Shown here piece by piece: positions 37,933-49,076 of a stretch of DNA of 64,000 nucleotides. The stretch spans positions 2,432,001 to 2,496,000 of the forward strand of contig CP147780.1 of assembly GCA_037310415.1 (NCBI GenBank). The letters are read 5' to 3'. Source of the stretch: Candidatus Atabeyarchaeum deiterrae. Lineage in GTDB: Archaea; Asgardarchaeota; Atabeyarchaeia; Atabeyarchaeales; Atabeyarchaeaceae. The position numbers and the translations under genes are program-made. Below the pieces are notes generated by a model. It made no database searches, had not been told where the DNA came from, and saw only the letters and a list, made by a program, of their open reading frames with translations. The first letter of the stretch is position 1. Each line of letters starts with the position of its first letter.

Positions 37933-38912
37933 GTGGTTGGTCTTGCTTCCATGAATGATCTCCAGTAACTTATTGTTTTCTTTAGTCCTTCATCTAGACT
38001 GGTCTTCTGTCTCCAGCCTAATTCGTTTCTAGCCTTGTTCGGATCAAGTATGATGTATGGTTGATCAGAGATGGCTGGTCTAACGGGATATCCTGGTGGA
38101 TAAGCACCTAGGACAATCTTGCTGCCGTCGTAGCCAACCATTTTCGCGATTCTTTCCGTTATCTCTCTGTTCTTCATGCCCTCTCCTGTGCTTATGTTAT
38201 AGACTTCACCTTGCACTCCTTTCTCCATGGCTGCTAGATACCCACCAGTGTGGTCATCAACGTATATGTATTCACGGATTGAATCAGGAGCCCCAATATA
38301 GACTCTTTCCTTTTTCAACATGGTGGTAATCAAGTACTCGACCATGAAGTTGGTCTCAAACTTCCTTCCAAATGTGTTGACTGGACGCAAGATTACTGCA
38401 TTCAGTTCGTATGCTCTTGCAGCCATTCTCAGATACATATCTGCGGCTGCTTTTGACACCGAGTATGGTGAACTTGGGTTCAGTTGGTCCTCCTCTTTCA
38501 AAGGTCTTCCATGGGTATGTATTCCATATACCTCAGCGGTTGATGCGGCGATCATTTTTCTTTTCTTATAATCCGGCAAATCCGTTAATGCGTGAGCCAC
38601 GTTCATGGTTCCAAGGTAGTTGACTTTTTCATACTCGAAAGGCCTCTCAAAAGATAATCTAACCGGCGAAAGCGCGGCCAAGTGGCAAATGTAGTCTGGA
38701 TCCGCTGTCCTAAGAGCGTGAAGGATTGACATATGGTCTGTAATGTCTGCAGACAAGAGAACAATATCATTCGCAATCTCCTTAATGGGCAGAAGCATCC
38801 TACTTGCGACTGGTCTTTCTATACCGTACACGGAGTAGCCTTTTTCGATTAGCCTTTTTGCTAAATGACTTCCAATAAACCCAGTTATTCCTGTTACAAC
38901 TACGTTAACCAA
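37929..38912 (-). CDS. NAD-dependent nucleotide-sugar 4,6-dehydratase/epimerase
   Basis: TGITGFIGSH, HLAA, STAEVYG and PYSVSK motifs. Start TTG 38912 overlaps the upstream stop. Confidence 0.92.
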   Translation of the reverse strand: MVNVVVTGITGFIGSHLAKRLIEKGYSVYGIERPVASRMLLPIKEIANDIVLLSADITDHMSILHALRTADPDYICHLAALSPVRLSFERPFEYEKVNYLGTMNVAHALTDLPDYKKRKMIAASTAEVYGIHTHGRPLKEEDQLNPSSPYSVSKAAADMYLRMAARAYELNAVILRPVNTFGRKFETNFMVEYLITTMLKKERVYIGAPDSIREYIYVDDHTGGYLAAMEKGVQGEVYNISTGEGMKNREITERIAKMVGYDGSKIVLGAYPPGYPVRPAISDQPYIILDPNKARNELGWRQKTSLDEGLKKTISYWRSFMEARPTT

Positions 38913-39616
38913 GCCTTTTCGCCCACCTTGTTTTTCAATACGCATTCGGTGTTCTCCAAGTCTTTCAGAGTGTCTACAGTCATCCATTCTCCTTTTATCC
39001 TGCAAGCTCCAAGAAGCTTACGTTCAGCAAGTAATGGAAAGGCTGTTTTCTCGATTGCACCCGTTTCTGGCAGGTACTTCACAATTTCGCGATTGAATAT
39101 GTAGGCTCCAGTGCTTATGAAGAGAGTTGGTATGATTGGCTTTTCTTCGAATGATTCTATCAACCCATTTTTCCCGACTCTTATCACTCCGAATGGGCTC
39201 CTAGGGTTTGTTACTGCTATAGTGGCGACGAGTCTATTCTTCAGATGGTAATCTATCATCTCGCTCAAACGAAAATTCGTTATTTGATCACCATTCGTGG
39301 CAAAGAACACGTCGTCATTAACATGTCTGGTTATAGCAAGCCTGAAGCCTTCCCCAGTTTCTCCTTCAACACTATGAACGCTGTACTTTATCTTCACGCC
39401 GAACCTGCTTCCGTCTTCAAAGTAAGACTTAACAGCTTCTTTCTTGTATGCCACGCCTATCACGAAATTCGTGATGCCGTTAAACTTCAGCCATTCAATG
39501 ACCCATTCAAGCACAGGTTTGCCTGCGACTTGGAGCATTACCTTGGGTTTGTCATTCGTTAGCGGCCTTAGTCTGAGCCCTGCGCCGCCTGCCAGTATCA
39601 CTGCCGTATTGATCAT
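38900..39616 (-). CDS. Sugar-phosphate nucleotidyltransferase
   Basis: ILAGGAGLRLRPLT..KPK, NGD and FEEKP motifs. Confidence 0.93.
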   Translation of the reverse strand: MINTAVILAGGAGLRLRPLTNDKPKVMLQVAGKPVLEWVIEWLKFNGITNFVIGVAYKKEAVKSYFEDGSRFGVKIKYSVHSVEGETGEGFRLAITRHVNDDVFFATNGDQITNFRLSEMIDYHLKNRLVATIAVTNPRSPFGVIRVGKNGLIESFEEKPIIPTLFISTGAYIFNREIVKYLPETGAIEKTAFPLLAERKLLGACRIKGEWMTVDTLKDLENTECVLKNKVGEKAWLT

Positions 39617-39735
39617 GATTCTGAACCTCGAATCGGATCTGAGGTTGCATACGTTGCTCTCTGCAATAGAGCAGTTTGATATGTGTTGTATTGCCACTTA
39701 TTAATATTACATGTGCTAGAAAAGACCAGCTAGAA

Positions 39736-40803
39736 TCATTGATTCGCATGCACTCGGTCAAATACCTCAGGGTAGAGTGATTGTAGCTTGCTGTACGAAA
39801 AGAGGAAGACGACATCGCCAACAACTGGAAACTCCCTATCACAGTGGGTACATTGAAGCGAAGATCCTTTCCAGACCAACTTCGATTCCAGCCCATCTTC
39901 AGTGCAGGAGGGGCAGATCAGTGCTTCATTTATCTTCAGGATTCCTTTGGTTAACTCGCCTGACTTGCGACAAAACGCAGAAACTTTACCTCCAAATAGC
40001 CCTCCTCCGAGATAGGCTAGGATGAATTTCACGTAGTTGGTAGGTCTGAGCAATTCATATTCCATTCCGAGGTTGGTTTTCAGTTTCACATTCTTGTTAT
40101 CAAAGAAACTCAATGCCCTTCTCCATTGAGTCACCGACAACTCATCGTTTTCCACAATGCCATGCTCAAGTTCGTTACAACTGCGTTTAGCGAAGAGCCG
40201 ATCAGCCATGCGCTTCATGATGCCTGCGCCCATTGACTCTTCTGAGTATAGTTTCCTACCCTCGTACAAGTTGAGGTGGAAGATCCTCGCGAAAGGTTCC
40301 TCGTCGAAGAAGAAATGTCCTCCAGGAGACAAGACTCTATGGATTTCTTTGACTATAGGAGTGGGATCGGGAAAGTGGTGAAGTGTTTCGTAGCAAAATG
40401 CAAAAGGAATTGATCCGGCCATGAAGGGCAAGTTGTAAGCGTCACAGCATATTCTCAAAGGCATCTTGCTTTTCTTGAACACGCTTCTGTAATGGTCACA
40501 GCTTTTCAAAGAGTAGAAAGATATGTCTACAGCCGCACCACTCGCACCGAGATCATTTTCCATGACAAGGGACCGCTGACATCTTTCTGCACCAAGCTCC
40601 AGATAGGGAGACACAGTTATTCCGTTTCTCTTTAGTAGTGAAACATGCTTGTAAGTCTCCTTCATCCTGTTGAGGAGCACCCCTTCGATGTTTTTTGAAT
40701 CAAGCTCGTCTCTGAAGATATGCTTGCCGTCGACTTGTTGTTCGGAAACTTTCTTTCTGAACTGAATTTCACCCTTCTTGGATTTGAGAGACTGTGTTCC
40801 CAA
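39736..40803 (-). CDS. SAM methyltransferase-like protein with C-terminal Trm112-like zinc ribbon
   Basis: YLELGAE, CCDAYNLPF, TLHHFPDP, RVLSPGG; tail LICPSC...CTHCDREFPV. Confidence 0.8.
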   Translation of the reverse strand: MGTQSLKSKKGEIQFRKKVSEQQVDGKHIFRDELDSKNIEGVLLNRMKETYKHVSLLKRNGITVSPYLELGAERCQRSLVMENDLGASGAAVDISFYSLKSCDHYRSVFKKSKMPLRICCDAYNLPFMAGSIPFAFCYETLHHFPDPTPIVKEIHRVLSPGGHFFFDEEPFARIFHLNLYEGRKLYSEESMGAGIMKRMADRLFAKRSCNELEHGIVENDELSVTQWRRALSFFDNKNVKLKTNLGMEYELLRPTNYVKFILAYLGGGLFGGKVSAFCRKSGELTKGILKINEALICPSCTEDGLESKLVWKGSSLQCTHCDREFPVVGDVVFLFSYSKLQSLYPEVFDRVHANQ

Positions 40804-41098
40804 GTTAGACCAGCCTTCGAGGTTACCCGTTTCAGGTTTGCAGGCCGTTGTACCCGTAATCCTCGAATTAATATAGTTGTTTCGCCCACCAGCAACGACG
40901 ATTCCACTAGGGGCGACTGAGCTGGAGCGGTCAGTATTTTCCTAGTCGTTTCTGAATTGTTTGCTCGAGTAGAGGATCAAACCCGCCTTGAGCGCCTTTC
41001 TTTGGGCACAACTGGTGAACAGAGATAGACACCCTTTTATCTTGGGTCAAGAGTTCTAAAAAGAATGAGTCAAGATCGCTGGGCGACGAGCCAACTGG

Positions 41099-42535
41099 GT
41101 GTTCCAGATGCAGGTGAAGACGGCCTCCTCTGTTGGAAGGTTTTCTCAGAGCATTGCCTTCCTGCCACGTACTATCGTTAAACATCCGAACGCGTTCGTA
41201 GTTCTGTGCTTCAAGGCATTTTTATCAATGATTACACCGCTTAGCGGAGACTTCCTCGGTATCACTTTGTGGGCAGTGGGAGGCCAAAATTACTATAATG
41301 GTTCGTACATTGCATGGGTTGCCATGTCCAGATTGATTTACGTATTCTGGCTTGCTTTACCAATTGCACACCCATCAGTAACGGCCTTCCTTGGTATTTG
41401 GTTTTACAACCCTGTCCCAAGCATGGTTCTCCTACTCTTCCTGCTCAAGTTACCTATGCTGATAGCTGATGCAGTCATAGGCGTGCTGATTTACAAGATT
41501 ATTCTTTCTAGGCGCAATTCGCATGAAGAGGCCTACAGAGGCTTTAAGGCATGGTTCTATAATCCTCTTGTCGTTCTCCTCGGTGTGATGTTTGGTTCGA
41601 TAGACATCGTCGCAAGCATGCTGGTCCTTGCAAGCGTATATTGCTTCGCGAGAAATAGGATTCTTCCAAGCTTCCTACTTCTTTTTGTCAGCATAGTGCT
41701 ACGAACTTATCCAATCTTGCTCACACCTATTCTACTCATATTGTTGTGGCAACGAGAAGGGACAAGAAGAAAGCTCATGATCGGACTCATAGCAGTGACT
41801 GGGTTCGCAGTCATCCTGATCATGTTTTGGTTAAACATGGTAACAAATGGGCTATTCTTTCTCACCATTACGATCCTTCAGCATGATTATTTGTTCTTTC
41901 TTAGTTCTCTCATATACCCCGCGAGTGGGACAGGCGGTGAACCCATTGCTTTAACAGTAGTCTTACTCGTGCTCACAATGTTCTTAATTTACGACCGAGG
42001 TGCTGGGAAAGAGGCGCGGTCTGGTACTTTTGATAACCGTTTTCAGGTCTTAGATTATGTCTCTCTGTTCCTCCTTGTATTGTTGGGATTCTCATATTGG
42101 AATCCGCAGTTCTTGTTGTGGATTCTTCCCTTCGCAGCGATAGACCTTGGCCTGAGGAAATCATCCAAGTGGCTTTTCTCATTCTTTATCCTAACGGCAG
42201 CACTTGTAATAATCATCTCTTTTGGATTCTATTTGACATCCCTAGGCAACTCATTCTTCTTCATCCAGAATTCTAATCCTCTAATGGCGCAGTTGTCACA
42301 ATGGATCAATACTCTGAGCAACGATGTAAATCAGACTCTAATCTCTGTTGTGTTAAGGTTTCCTTTCATCGCCGTTTGCACGGTCTATCTTCTGAAGGGA
42401 AGCAAGCGGCTTATTTTTGCTGAGAAAGATGCAATCTCAGATCCCGTGCGTATCAGAGGCGGAAAACACGTGGAAAGGAGACCAGCACTTCAAAAGAGTG
42501 TCAAAGGATCAGTTCCCCGAAAAGTGAACCACTAG
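41099..42535 (+). CDS. GT-C membrane glycosyltransferase (GT87/PIG-M-like), paralog 1
   Basis: Polytopic; LLKLP.L.AD, WFYNP...GSIDIV and WNPQFLLWILPF motifs. Confidence 0.75.
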   Translation: MFQMQVKTASSVGRFSQSIAFLPRTIVKHPNAFVVLCFKAFLSMITPLSGDFLGITLWAVGGQNYYNGSYIAWVAMSRLIYVFWLALPIAHPSVTAFLGIWFYNPVPSMVLLLFLLKLPMLIADAVIGVLIYKIILSRRNSHEEAYRGFKAWFYNPLVVLLGVMFGSIDIVASMLVLASVYCFARNRILPSFLLLFVSIVLRTYPILLTPILLILLWQREGTRRKLMIGLIAVTGFAVILIMFWLNMVTNGLFFLTITILQHDYLFFLSSLIYPASGTGGEPIALTVVLLVLTMFLIYDRGAGKEARSGTFDNRFQVLDYVSLFLLVLLGFSYWNPQFLLWILPFAAIDLGLRKSSKWLFSFFILTAALVIIISFGFYLTSLGNSFFFIQNSNPLMAQLSQWINTLSNDVNQTLISVVLRFPFIAVCTVYLLKGSKRLIFAEKDAISDPVRIRGGKHVERRPALQKSVKGSVPRKVNH

Positions 42536-42555
42536 CAAGGCGGAGTAGAAAAAGC

Positions 42556-43950
42556 ATGCACCGAATGACAATGAGGAGCAGAGTATCGGACCTATACCAA
42601 GAGGGGTCCAGATTCATCAGCTCTTGCGCACACATTCTGTCACAGAGACCTGTCTTTCTGCTCATGACAGTCTCATTGAAAATCGCTTTAATGTCAATCA
42701 CGCCACTAAGTCCAGAATTCGTAGCGTTCACCCATGTGACGACAGCTAACGATATCACGTACACATTATCTTCAGGTTCCTTCATGGTCTGGAGCTTAAT
42801 GCTGAGACTCATCTATGGCTTTTGGCTTGTACTCCCCGTGGAGCATCCAAGTGTCTGGAATACAATTGGATTCTCGTACTACAATTCCTCGCCTAGCATA
42901 AATCTACTGGTCTTCCTACTGAAAACTCCGCTGCTAGTCGCAGACATCTTTATGGCACCAGTGATATACAAAATCCTAACACAACTCAAAGTGTCCAAAC
43001 ATAGGGCTCAACTCGGAATGAAATTGTGGCTCCTGAACCCTTTCGCAACTTTGATTGCCGAGATGGGTGGCGCGCCTGATATCGTCGCTCTATTATTCGT
43101 AACTGTTTCTGTCTACGCGTTGATGAGAAGAAGGTTCACCATAAGCTCGTTCATGTTGATCTTGAGTTCACTAATTAGAATGTACTCGTTATTTCTGATC
43201 CCCATCTACTTCATGATTATTAGACGAGAGCTAGGCAACAAAGAATCATTACGATTCATTCTCCGTTGTTACGCATTCCCCATGGCGATCGCGATAGCGT
43301 TGCCTATCCTATTGGCTAATCAAGCAGTTGTAAACGGACTGATTGCAGGTTCGCCGAGATACTGGTTCCTTCTCGGGCCACTAGTCTTTCCGTTCTATTT
43401 CGCACCTGATCTTCCAACAGCACTAACCGTTGGTTTTTCCTTCGTACTGATTCTGGCCATGTGGCTCGGTTTTTGGAAGGCAAGTTCACAGAACGCCGGA
43501 GACTGCATATTCATCTTTCTTCTGTCCCTTTTTACATTTCCATATTGGAATCCAAACTTTCTGCTCTGGATTATTCCATTCATGATACTGGATTATGGTC
43601 TCAAGAAGGAGGGAAGGATATATTTGATCTCATTCTTCATTGTTGCTCTCGCATACCTATTGCTAGGTTACAGCGACTACTTTGCCTCCGCTGGAAACAG
43701 TGTGTTTTTTATACCGAACTTTAATGAGGCTATGACCTTCGTATCAACTAATCTGTACTCTCTGCAAAGCATCATATGGATAAGTAGACTCTCGATAATA
43801 ACCATCCTAAGGTCGATGTTCGCGGGGATCTGCTTGGCGTACGCACTCAGGTTATCATTGGAGAATCTCCACCAAGGCTCACGCACGACCACAAGAGGCG
43901 CCAAGCGCCAAGAAAAAAGGCTGAAAGAATCTGTTGCTCTTCCAGGCTAA
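42556..43950 (+). CDS. GT-C membrane glycosyltransferase (GT87/PIG-M-like), paralog 2
   Basis: LLKTPLLVAD, WLLNP...GAPDIV and WNPNFLLWIIPF motifs. Colinear with 41099..42535. Confidence 0.75.
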   Translation: MHRMTMRSRVSDLYQEGSRFISSCAHILSQRPVFLLMTVSLKIALMSITPLSPEFVAFTHVTTANDITYTLSSGSFMVWSLMLRLIYGFWLVLPVEHPSVWNTIGFSYYNSSPSINLLVFLLKTPLLVADIFMAPVIYKILTQLKVSKHRAQLGMKLWLLNPFATLIAEMGGAPDIVALLFVTVSVYALMRRRFTISSFMLILSSLIRMYSLFLIPIYFMIIRRELGNKESLRFILRCYAFPMAIAIALPILLANQAVVNGLIAGSPRYWFLLGPLVFPFYFAPDLPTALTVGFSFVLILAMWLGFWKASSQNAGDCIFIFLLSLFTFPYWNPNFLLWIIPFMILDYGLKKEGRIYLISFFIVALAYLLLGYSDYFASAGNSVFFIPNFNEAMTFVSTNLYSLQSIIWISRLSIITILRSMFAGICLAYALRLSLENLHQGSRTTTRGAKRQEKRLKESVALPG

Positions 43951-43997
43951 AGGTTATGCTGTTGATAGGTTCATGGCTACCGAGGCCTCCAGAAATG

Positions 43998-45206
43998 CTA
44001 TCGACACTTCTTGACTCTCGAAATTGACATCATTTGCTGTTTCACTGATAGGTTTCTCTCCAGCTGATCTACAATGTCAGTTAGGCTGGCCGCTTTCTCA
44101 ACAAACAAGCGGGCAGATTTGCCCATTTTCTCCTTCAGTTGCTCATTGTTAAGGATCTTCAGAATTGCTTCTTCAAGTTCTCTCCGGTCATAGTTAATTG
44201 TTATTCCTGCCTGATGCTCATCTAGTCCCGGGATAGAAGCTTGTTTCGTCACTATTACTGGAGTGGAACTCGCGCAGGCTTCTAAGGCTGCCTTGGAAGT
44301 CTCTTCAAAGTGCAGAGATGGCATGACGAAGACGTCGGCGTCAACATATGCCTCTATTCTGTCTTTCCCGTAGAGTGGACCAGTCAGAACCACTTTGTCC
44401 CCAAGCCCTAAGGCTTTTATGAGTCTGAGTGTGGCCTGTAGATAGCCGTCGTCTCTTCCCACAATAACCAACTTGCTCTGCTTCTTTTTCTCGCTTACCA
44501 TGGAAAAAGATTGAACCAGCAAGTCTAGCCCTTTATATTTATGCAACCTGCCTAAGAATAGTATTACTTTTTCATTGCTTTCTATGTCCAGTTTTCTTCT
44601 GAAATTGCCTCTCGGCGGCAAAATCCGAAATTCAGAAAAGTCGACATTTAGAGGCATCAATTTCACTGCCGAATTTGAGGCGCCATATTTCCTAGCTTCC
44701 TGCATCTCATGCTGAGTTTGCGCAAGCACCATTGAAGCATCTCTCAGCGTTCTGTAACCAAAGAGAGGATCTATTACCCATTTCATGAGTTTCTTTAGTC
44801 CTGTCCCTCTGGGCAGTGAACCGTATGGGAACAAGACGTAGGGCTTGCCGAATTTCCTTGCATAATGATAACACAGCAAGTTGAAGATTGTTCTAATAGA
44901 TGCGAGCAGAATTATGTCGAAACGCTCAATCTTTTCTCTAAGTAGCTTTCTTAGTCCGATGGGGATGAAGACTTTTGTGTTCCAAGCGAGCCATCTGCTC
45001 AAGGTCCTCAGGTAGAATACTTTGATTCCTTCAAGAACATCGTAACTCTTCTCTGTTTCCCTCTGTTCGTCGAGAACATTTGTTGTGAAGACTGTCACCA
45101 AATGTCCTCTTTTGACAAGTTCTCGTGCTATTTCAAACAGAACTTTTGGTGGACCGCCGAAACCCCATGCTGGCGCAAAGTACTCCGTCACAATCAGTAT
45201 TCTCAT
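43998..45206 (-). CDS. GT4 glycosyltransferase
   Basis: FGGP, FLGRLHKYKGLDLL and E....ALEACAS.TPV motifs. Confidence 0.92.
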   Translation of the reverse strand: MRILIVTEYFAPAWGFGGPPKVLFEIARELVKRGHLVTVFTTNVLDEQRETEKSYDVLEGIKVFYLRTLSRWLAWNTKVFIPIGLRKLLREKIERFDIILLASIRTIFNLLCYHYARKFGKPYVLFPYGSLPRGTGLKKLMKWVIDPLFGYRTLRDASMVLAQTQHEMQEARKYGASNSAVKLMPLNVDFSEFRILPPRGNFRRKLDIESNEKVILFLGRLHKYKGLDLLVQSFSMVSEKKKQSKLVIVGRDDGYLQATLRLIKALGLGDKVVLTGPLYGKDRIEAYVDADVFVMPSLHFEETSKAALEACASSTPVIVTKQASIPGLDEHQAGITINYDRRELEEAILKILNNEQLKEKMGKSARLFVEKAASLTDIVDQLERNLSVKQQMMSISRVKKCR

Positions 45207-45371
45207 GGCGGTTGTCCTTCAGAGGATCCCTTGTTTCTTTACATCAATTGCCCCGTCGCATTATAAGAATTATGTTTTCAGTGTCATTCAAGGGGTTTCT
45301 TGTTAGAATGTTGGTTCCCGCGGGGTACGAAGAGTCTGACTTCATCCATGGGAAAAATGATTGAGGACTAA

Positions 45372-46328
45372 TCAGATCCTCTGGTCTAAGGTTCTATTTT
45401 GCAGGTACCAGTCAATGGTCTTTCTCAGTCCTTCTGAAAAATCAGTTTTGGCTTCAAACCCGAATTCTCTTTTTGCTTTGCTTGTGTCTAAGCACCTTCT
45501 TGGCTGTCCGTCGGGCTTTGAGGCATCCCAGGCGATTCGTCCACTGTATCCTGTAAGGCGAGTTATTACATCGACAAGTTCCTTGATTCTTATTTCCTTC
45601 CCGGAACCCAAGTTCACGGGATCCGGCTTATCATATTTCTTGGTCGCAAGGATTATTCCTTCTGCCGCATCTTCAACATAGAGGAACTCCCTGGAAGCTT
45701 TTCCCGTTCCCCAAATGACAACTTCTCTTTGTCCTTCAAGTTTTGCGTCCACCATTTTCTTTATGAGTGCGGGAATCACGTGCGATTGATCGGGATCGAA
45801 ATTGTCTTTTGGTCCATACAGATTGACTGGCAATAAGTAGATGGCATTGAACCCATACTGCTGTCTGTATGCTTGAGCTTGAATTAGTAACATTTTCTTT
45901 GCAAGACCGTAAGGTGCATTTGTTTCTTCCGGGTAACCGTTCCATAGATCTTCTTCTCTGAATGGGACTGGTGTGTACTTTGGATACGCACACACTGTTC
46001 CCAATGCGACAAACTTCTGCACACTTTCCAGTCTTGCCGCTTCCATCAATTGGATTCCCATGATGGCGTTTTCATAGAATAGTGCGCCGGGGAATTTCCT
46101 GTTAAATCCTATGCCACCCACCTTGGCTGCCAAATGTATTACAATGTCAATTCCCTTGACAACTCTGAGGCAGTCTTCCCATTTTCTGAGATCTGTATCT
46201 TTGCTTCTTGGAACAAGGATGTTGTCTGGATCAACCTTTTCATCATTAATCAATTTGTCAGTTATGAAAGATCCTAGGAATCCAGCGCCCCCTGATACCA
46301 GTATTCTCTTACCGCCCCAGAATCCCAT
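45372..46328 (-). CDS. fcl: GDP-L-fucose synthase
   Basis: [49 protein letters not shown] and KPDGQPRR motifs. Follows gmd. Confidence 0.95.
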   Translation of the reverse strand: MGFWGGKRILVSGGAGFLGSFITDKLINDEKVDPDNILVPRSKDTDLRKWEDCLRVVKGIDIVIHLAAKVGGIGFNRKFPGALFYENAIMGIQLMEAARLESVQKFVALGTVCAYPKYTPVPFREEDLWNGYPEETNAPYGLAKKMLLIQAQAYRQQYGFNAIYLLPVNLYGPKDNFDPDQSHVIPALIKKMVDAKLEGQREVVIWGTGKASREFLYVEDAAEGIILATKKYDKPDPVNLGSGKEIRIKELVDVITRLTGYSGRIAWDASKPDGQPRRCLDTSKAKREFGFEAKTDFSEGLRKTIDWYLQNRTLDQRI

Positions 46329-46330
46329 GT

Positions 46331-47374
46331 TTAGTCCACCTTCCACCATCTCTTCGGGAACCTCTGTATCAGCGTTTTGTCTCCGTCTCCAGGCGGCTCC
46401 AGATTCATTTTACGCACGTCAGCGTCAATCATTATCTTCACCAAGTCCTTGAATCTGATCTCCGGCTTCCAGGATAACTCCTTCTCTGCTTTTCGTGCGT
46501 CTGCAGACAACAATTCTGTTTCAGTAGGTCTGAGATACCTTGGATCTATTCTCACGTATTCTTCGTAGCGGAGATCGACATATGAAAATGCTTCTTCGAC
46601 AAATTCCTTAACCGAATGAGTTTCTCCGGTACCTATAACGAAATTGCCAGGTTTCTCCAGTTGCAGAATCTTCCACATTGCTTCTACGTACTCGGGGGCA
46701 TATCCCCAGTCTCTTTTTGCATCTAGATTGCCAAGGTAGAGAGTCTTTTGACTTCCTGCCAGAATGCTAGCTACTGCCCTAGTTATCTTTCTGGTTACGA
46801 ATATTTCACCTCTGCGGGGAGATTCATGATTGAAAAGAATCCCGTTACTTGCAAAAAGACTGTAAGCTTCTCTGTAATTCGTTGTCATCCAATAGGCATA
46901 TGCTTTTGCAATTGCGTAGGGACTTCTTGGTCTCAAAGGGGTTTCTTCGTTCTGAGAAGGTGGAGAATCGCCAAACATCTCACTGCTAGAAGCCTGATAG
47001 AATTTGGTATTGTTTCCGCTTCTTCTAATGGCCTCCAAGATTCTAGTTGTGCCTAATCCAGTCACGTTACCAGTGTATTCAGGCATGTCAAAACTAACCT
47101 TAACGTGACTCTGCGCCCCCAGGTGGTAAACCTCATCTGGTCTCATGTTATAGATAATATTCGTTATCTGTTCACCGTCTGAGAGATCCCCGTAGTGAAG
47201 GAAAAGTCTTGCATTCGGCTCGTGAGGATCTACGTAGATGTGGTCTATTCTGGAAGTATTGAAAGTACTACCTCTTCTGATGATCCCATGCACTTCATAA
47301 TCTCGGGAAAGCAAAAACTCCGCTAAATAGGAACCATCTTGTCCAGTAATTCCAGTGATTAAGGCGGTTTTCAT
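46331..47374 (-). CDS. gmd: GDP-mannose 4,6-dehydratase
   Basis: [40 protein letters not shown] and [10 protein letters not shown] motifs. Confidence 0.97.
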   Translation of the reverse strand: MKTALITGITGQDGSYLAEFLLSRDYEVHGIIRRGSTFNTSRIDHIYVDPHEPNARLFLHYGDLSDGEQITNIIYNMRPDEVYHLGAQSHVKVSFDMPEYTGNVTGLGTTRILEAIRRSGNNTKFYQASSSEMFGDSPPSQNEETPLRPRSPYAIAKAYAYWMTTNYREAYSLFASNGILFNHESPRRGEIFVTRKITRAVASILAGSQKTLYLGNLDAKRDWGYAPEYVEAMWKILQLEKPGNFVIGTGETHSVKEFVEEAFSYVDLRYEEYVRIDPRYLRPTETELLSADARKAEKELSWKPEIRFKDLVKIMIDADVRKMNLEPPGDGDKTLIQRFPKRWWKVD

Positions 47375-47468
47375 TGGTCTTCACCTTGTATATTTGGCAG
47401 TTCTGATCGCAAGTTGCTCCATAGCTGATAGGGGCATACGATGCAGGATAAACACTTCGGCACGCGCT

Positions 47469-48818
47469 TTACGCTTTTCCTAGTTGTCGATCATGTTCAT
47501 TTGGTGCGATCTTAGTGAAGATACGAGTTATCTCCTTTTTGAAAACGTCGTTTGAGAAGAGATGCAAAGCCAGCTTCCTGGCATTTGTGCCCATTTTTTT
47601 TCTCAGAGTGTCATTTTCCTTGAGCGTTAGCACGGCTTCTGCTAAGCCAATGTGATCGTTTGGCGCTACGGTTAAACCTGCTTTTGAACTTGAAACGAGT
47701 TCTGGAAGATATCCCTCTGCGCAGCATAGAACAGGCTTTCCGCAAGATATGTAGTCGAGAAGCTTCATTGGCATAGATGCGTCAGGGTACTCACATTTCT
47801 TCATTGGAAGAAGATATGCATCAGCAATATTCAAGTATTCGACCAGCACTCTACGGTCCAGCATTCTGTCATCTAAGACAACATTCTTCAATCTGTGTCT
47901 GCTGATGTGGCTCGCTATGGTCTTCTTCATCTCACCGTCTCCTCTTATTATGAAGACGATGTCGCCCCGATCTCGTAGTTCTTCCGCACAACTCAACACA
48001 GTTCGAAAATCGTAGTTTGAGCCAATGTTCCCAGAGTACATTACGATGAATTTTCCTTTGAGTTCTCTCGGTCTATCAACTGCAATCGGCGCGAACAAGT
48101 CGGTGTCGCCTGGATTTCTCAGTATCTGTAGCTTTCCTCTTGAACTTCTCCACTCACTTGATATGAAAGAACGCATTGCCTCAGTTAGTGTCAGAATACA
48201 GTTGCTTGTCATAAAAATGTAGGAAACAAATGCACTTATCATCACAAACAATTTGCTTTTCGTCTTCAGATAGCCTGTGTTGACCAGGGCTTGCGGCCAG
48301 ATATCAGTCATGTCCGTAACCAAAACAGCTCTTTTCAAGGACTTCAGCAAAGTGGCAGGCAATGATGAAAAGACCTTTGGACTAAAAGCCCAAACTATGT
48401 CTGTCTTCCTGACCAGAGGCAGTGAGAAAGACGAAAACATGGCAAATGACAAGTATAACAATAAACGATTAAGAAAACCCTCATGTGGACGGGACATAAT
48501 TGGAACCCTGATAATGTCTATTCCTTTCCAATGCTCTCGGTAGAACCTCTTGCCTCTGTACTTTGGAGGGATCCTTCCCAAAGGATAGTGAGGAACTGCC
48601 GTTACAAGAGTGACTCTGAATCCTGCAGTCATCAAAGCATCTAGAGCGCCTAGGAGCCGAGTCACGTCACCATTCATGTCTGGAAGGAAGTATTGTGAAA
48701 TGACACAGATGTCTGTACTCTTGAGACATATTCTGTTGCCTTCACGATCGTGCATCGGGCTTGGGCGAGTAGAGCCGTATTTACCAGCTGACAAACCATC
48801 TTTGTTCCTTCTGAACAA
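47469..48818 (-). CDS. GT4 glycosyltransferase (WbuB-like); true start probably downstream
   Basis: SQYFLPD, PHYP.G, DIWP, YSGNIG and P.KL.DY..CGKP motifs. Confidence 0.9.
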   Translation of the reverse strand: MFRRNKDGLSAGKYGSTRPSPMHDREGNRICLKSTDICVISQYFLPDMNGDVTRLLGALDALMTAGFRVTLVTAVPHYPLGRIPPKYRGKRFYREHWKGIDIIRVPIMSRPHEGFLNRLLLYLSFAMFSSFSLPLVRKTDIVWAFSPKVFSSLPATLLKSLKRAVLVTDMTDIWPQALVNTGYLKTKSKLFVMISAFVSYIFMTSNCILTLTEAMRSFISSEWRSSRGKLQILRNPGDTDLFAPIAVDRPRELKGKFIVMYSGNIGSNYDFRTVLSCAEELRDRGDIVFIIRGDGEMKKTIASHISRHRLKNVVLDDRMLDRRVLVEYLNIADAYLLPMKKCEYPDASMPMKLLDYISCGKPVLCCAEGYLPELVSSSKAGLTVAPNDHIGLAEAVLTLKENDTLRKKMGTNARKLALHLFSNDVFKKEITRIFTKIAPNEHDRQLGKA

Positions 48819-49076
48819 GTTCGCGCCTCAATGTTTCGATTGTTCTGAAAGCGACGTTGCGAGTCCTGAAAGGGTTTGTTCGACTATTGCACTTGCTGAG
48901 CGCGTCCCGTTCCTATGATGATCAACGTTGGGTTATTGTCAACGAGACCTTTTGACCCAACTCTCAGCATATTCTTTCATCACGCATTCTGGCTTAGAGC
49001 AACGCATTGAGCTCCTAGGACGCATCCTCTTCCAGCGGCAACGCACATTTCTCACGACTCCTCCTAAACGGCACAT

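Noticed and set aside
48964-48984. C box GTGATGA + 10 nt + CTGA on the minus strand as a C/D sRNA
   Set aside because: No second C'/D pair at proper spacing.
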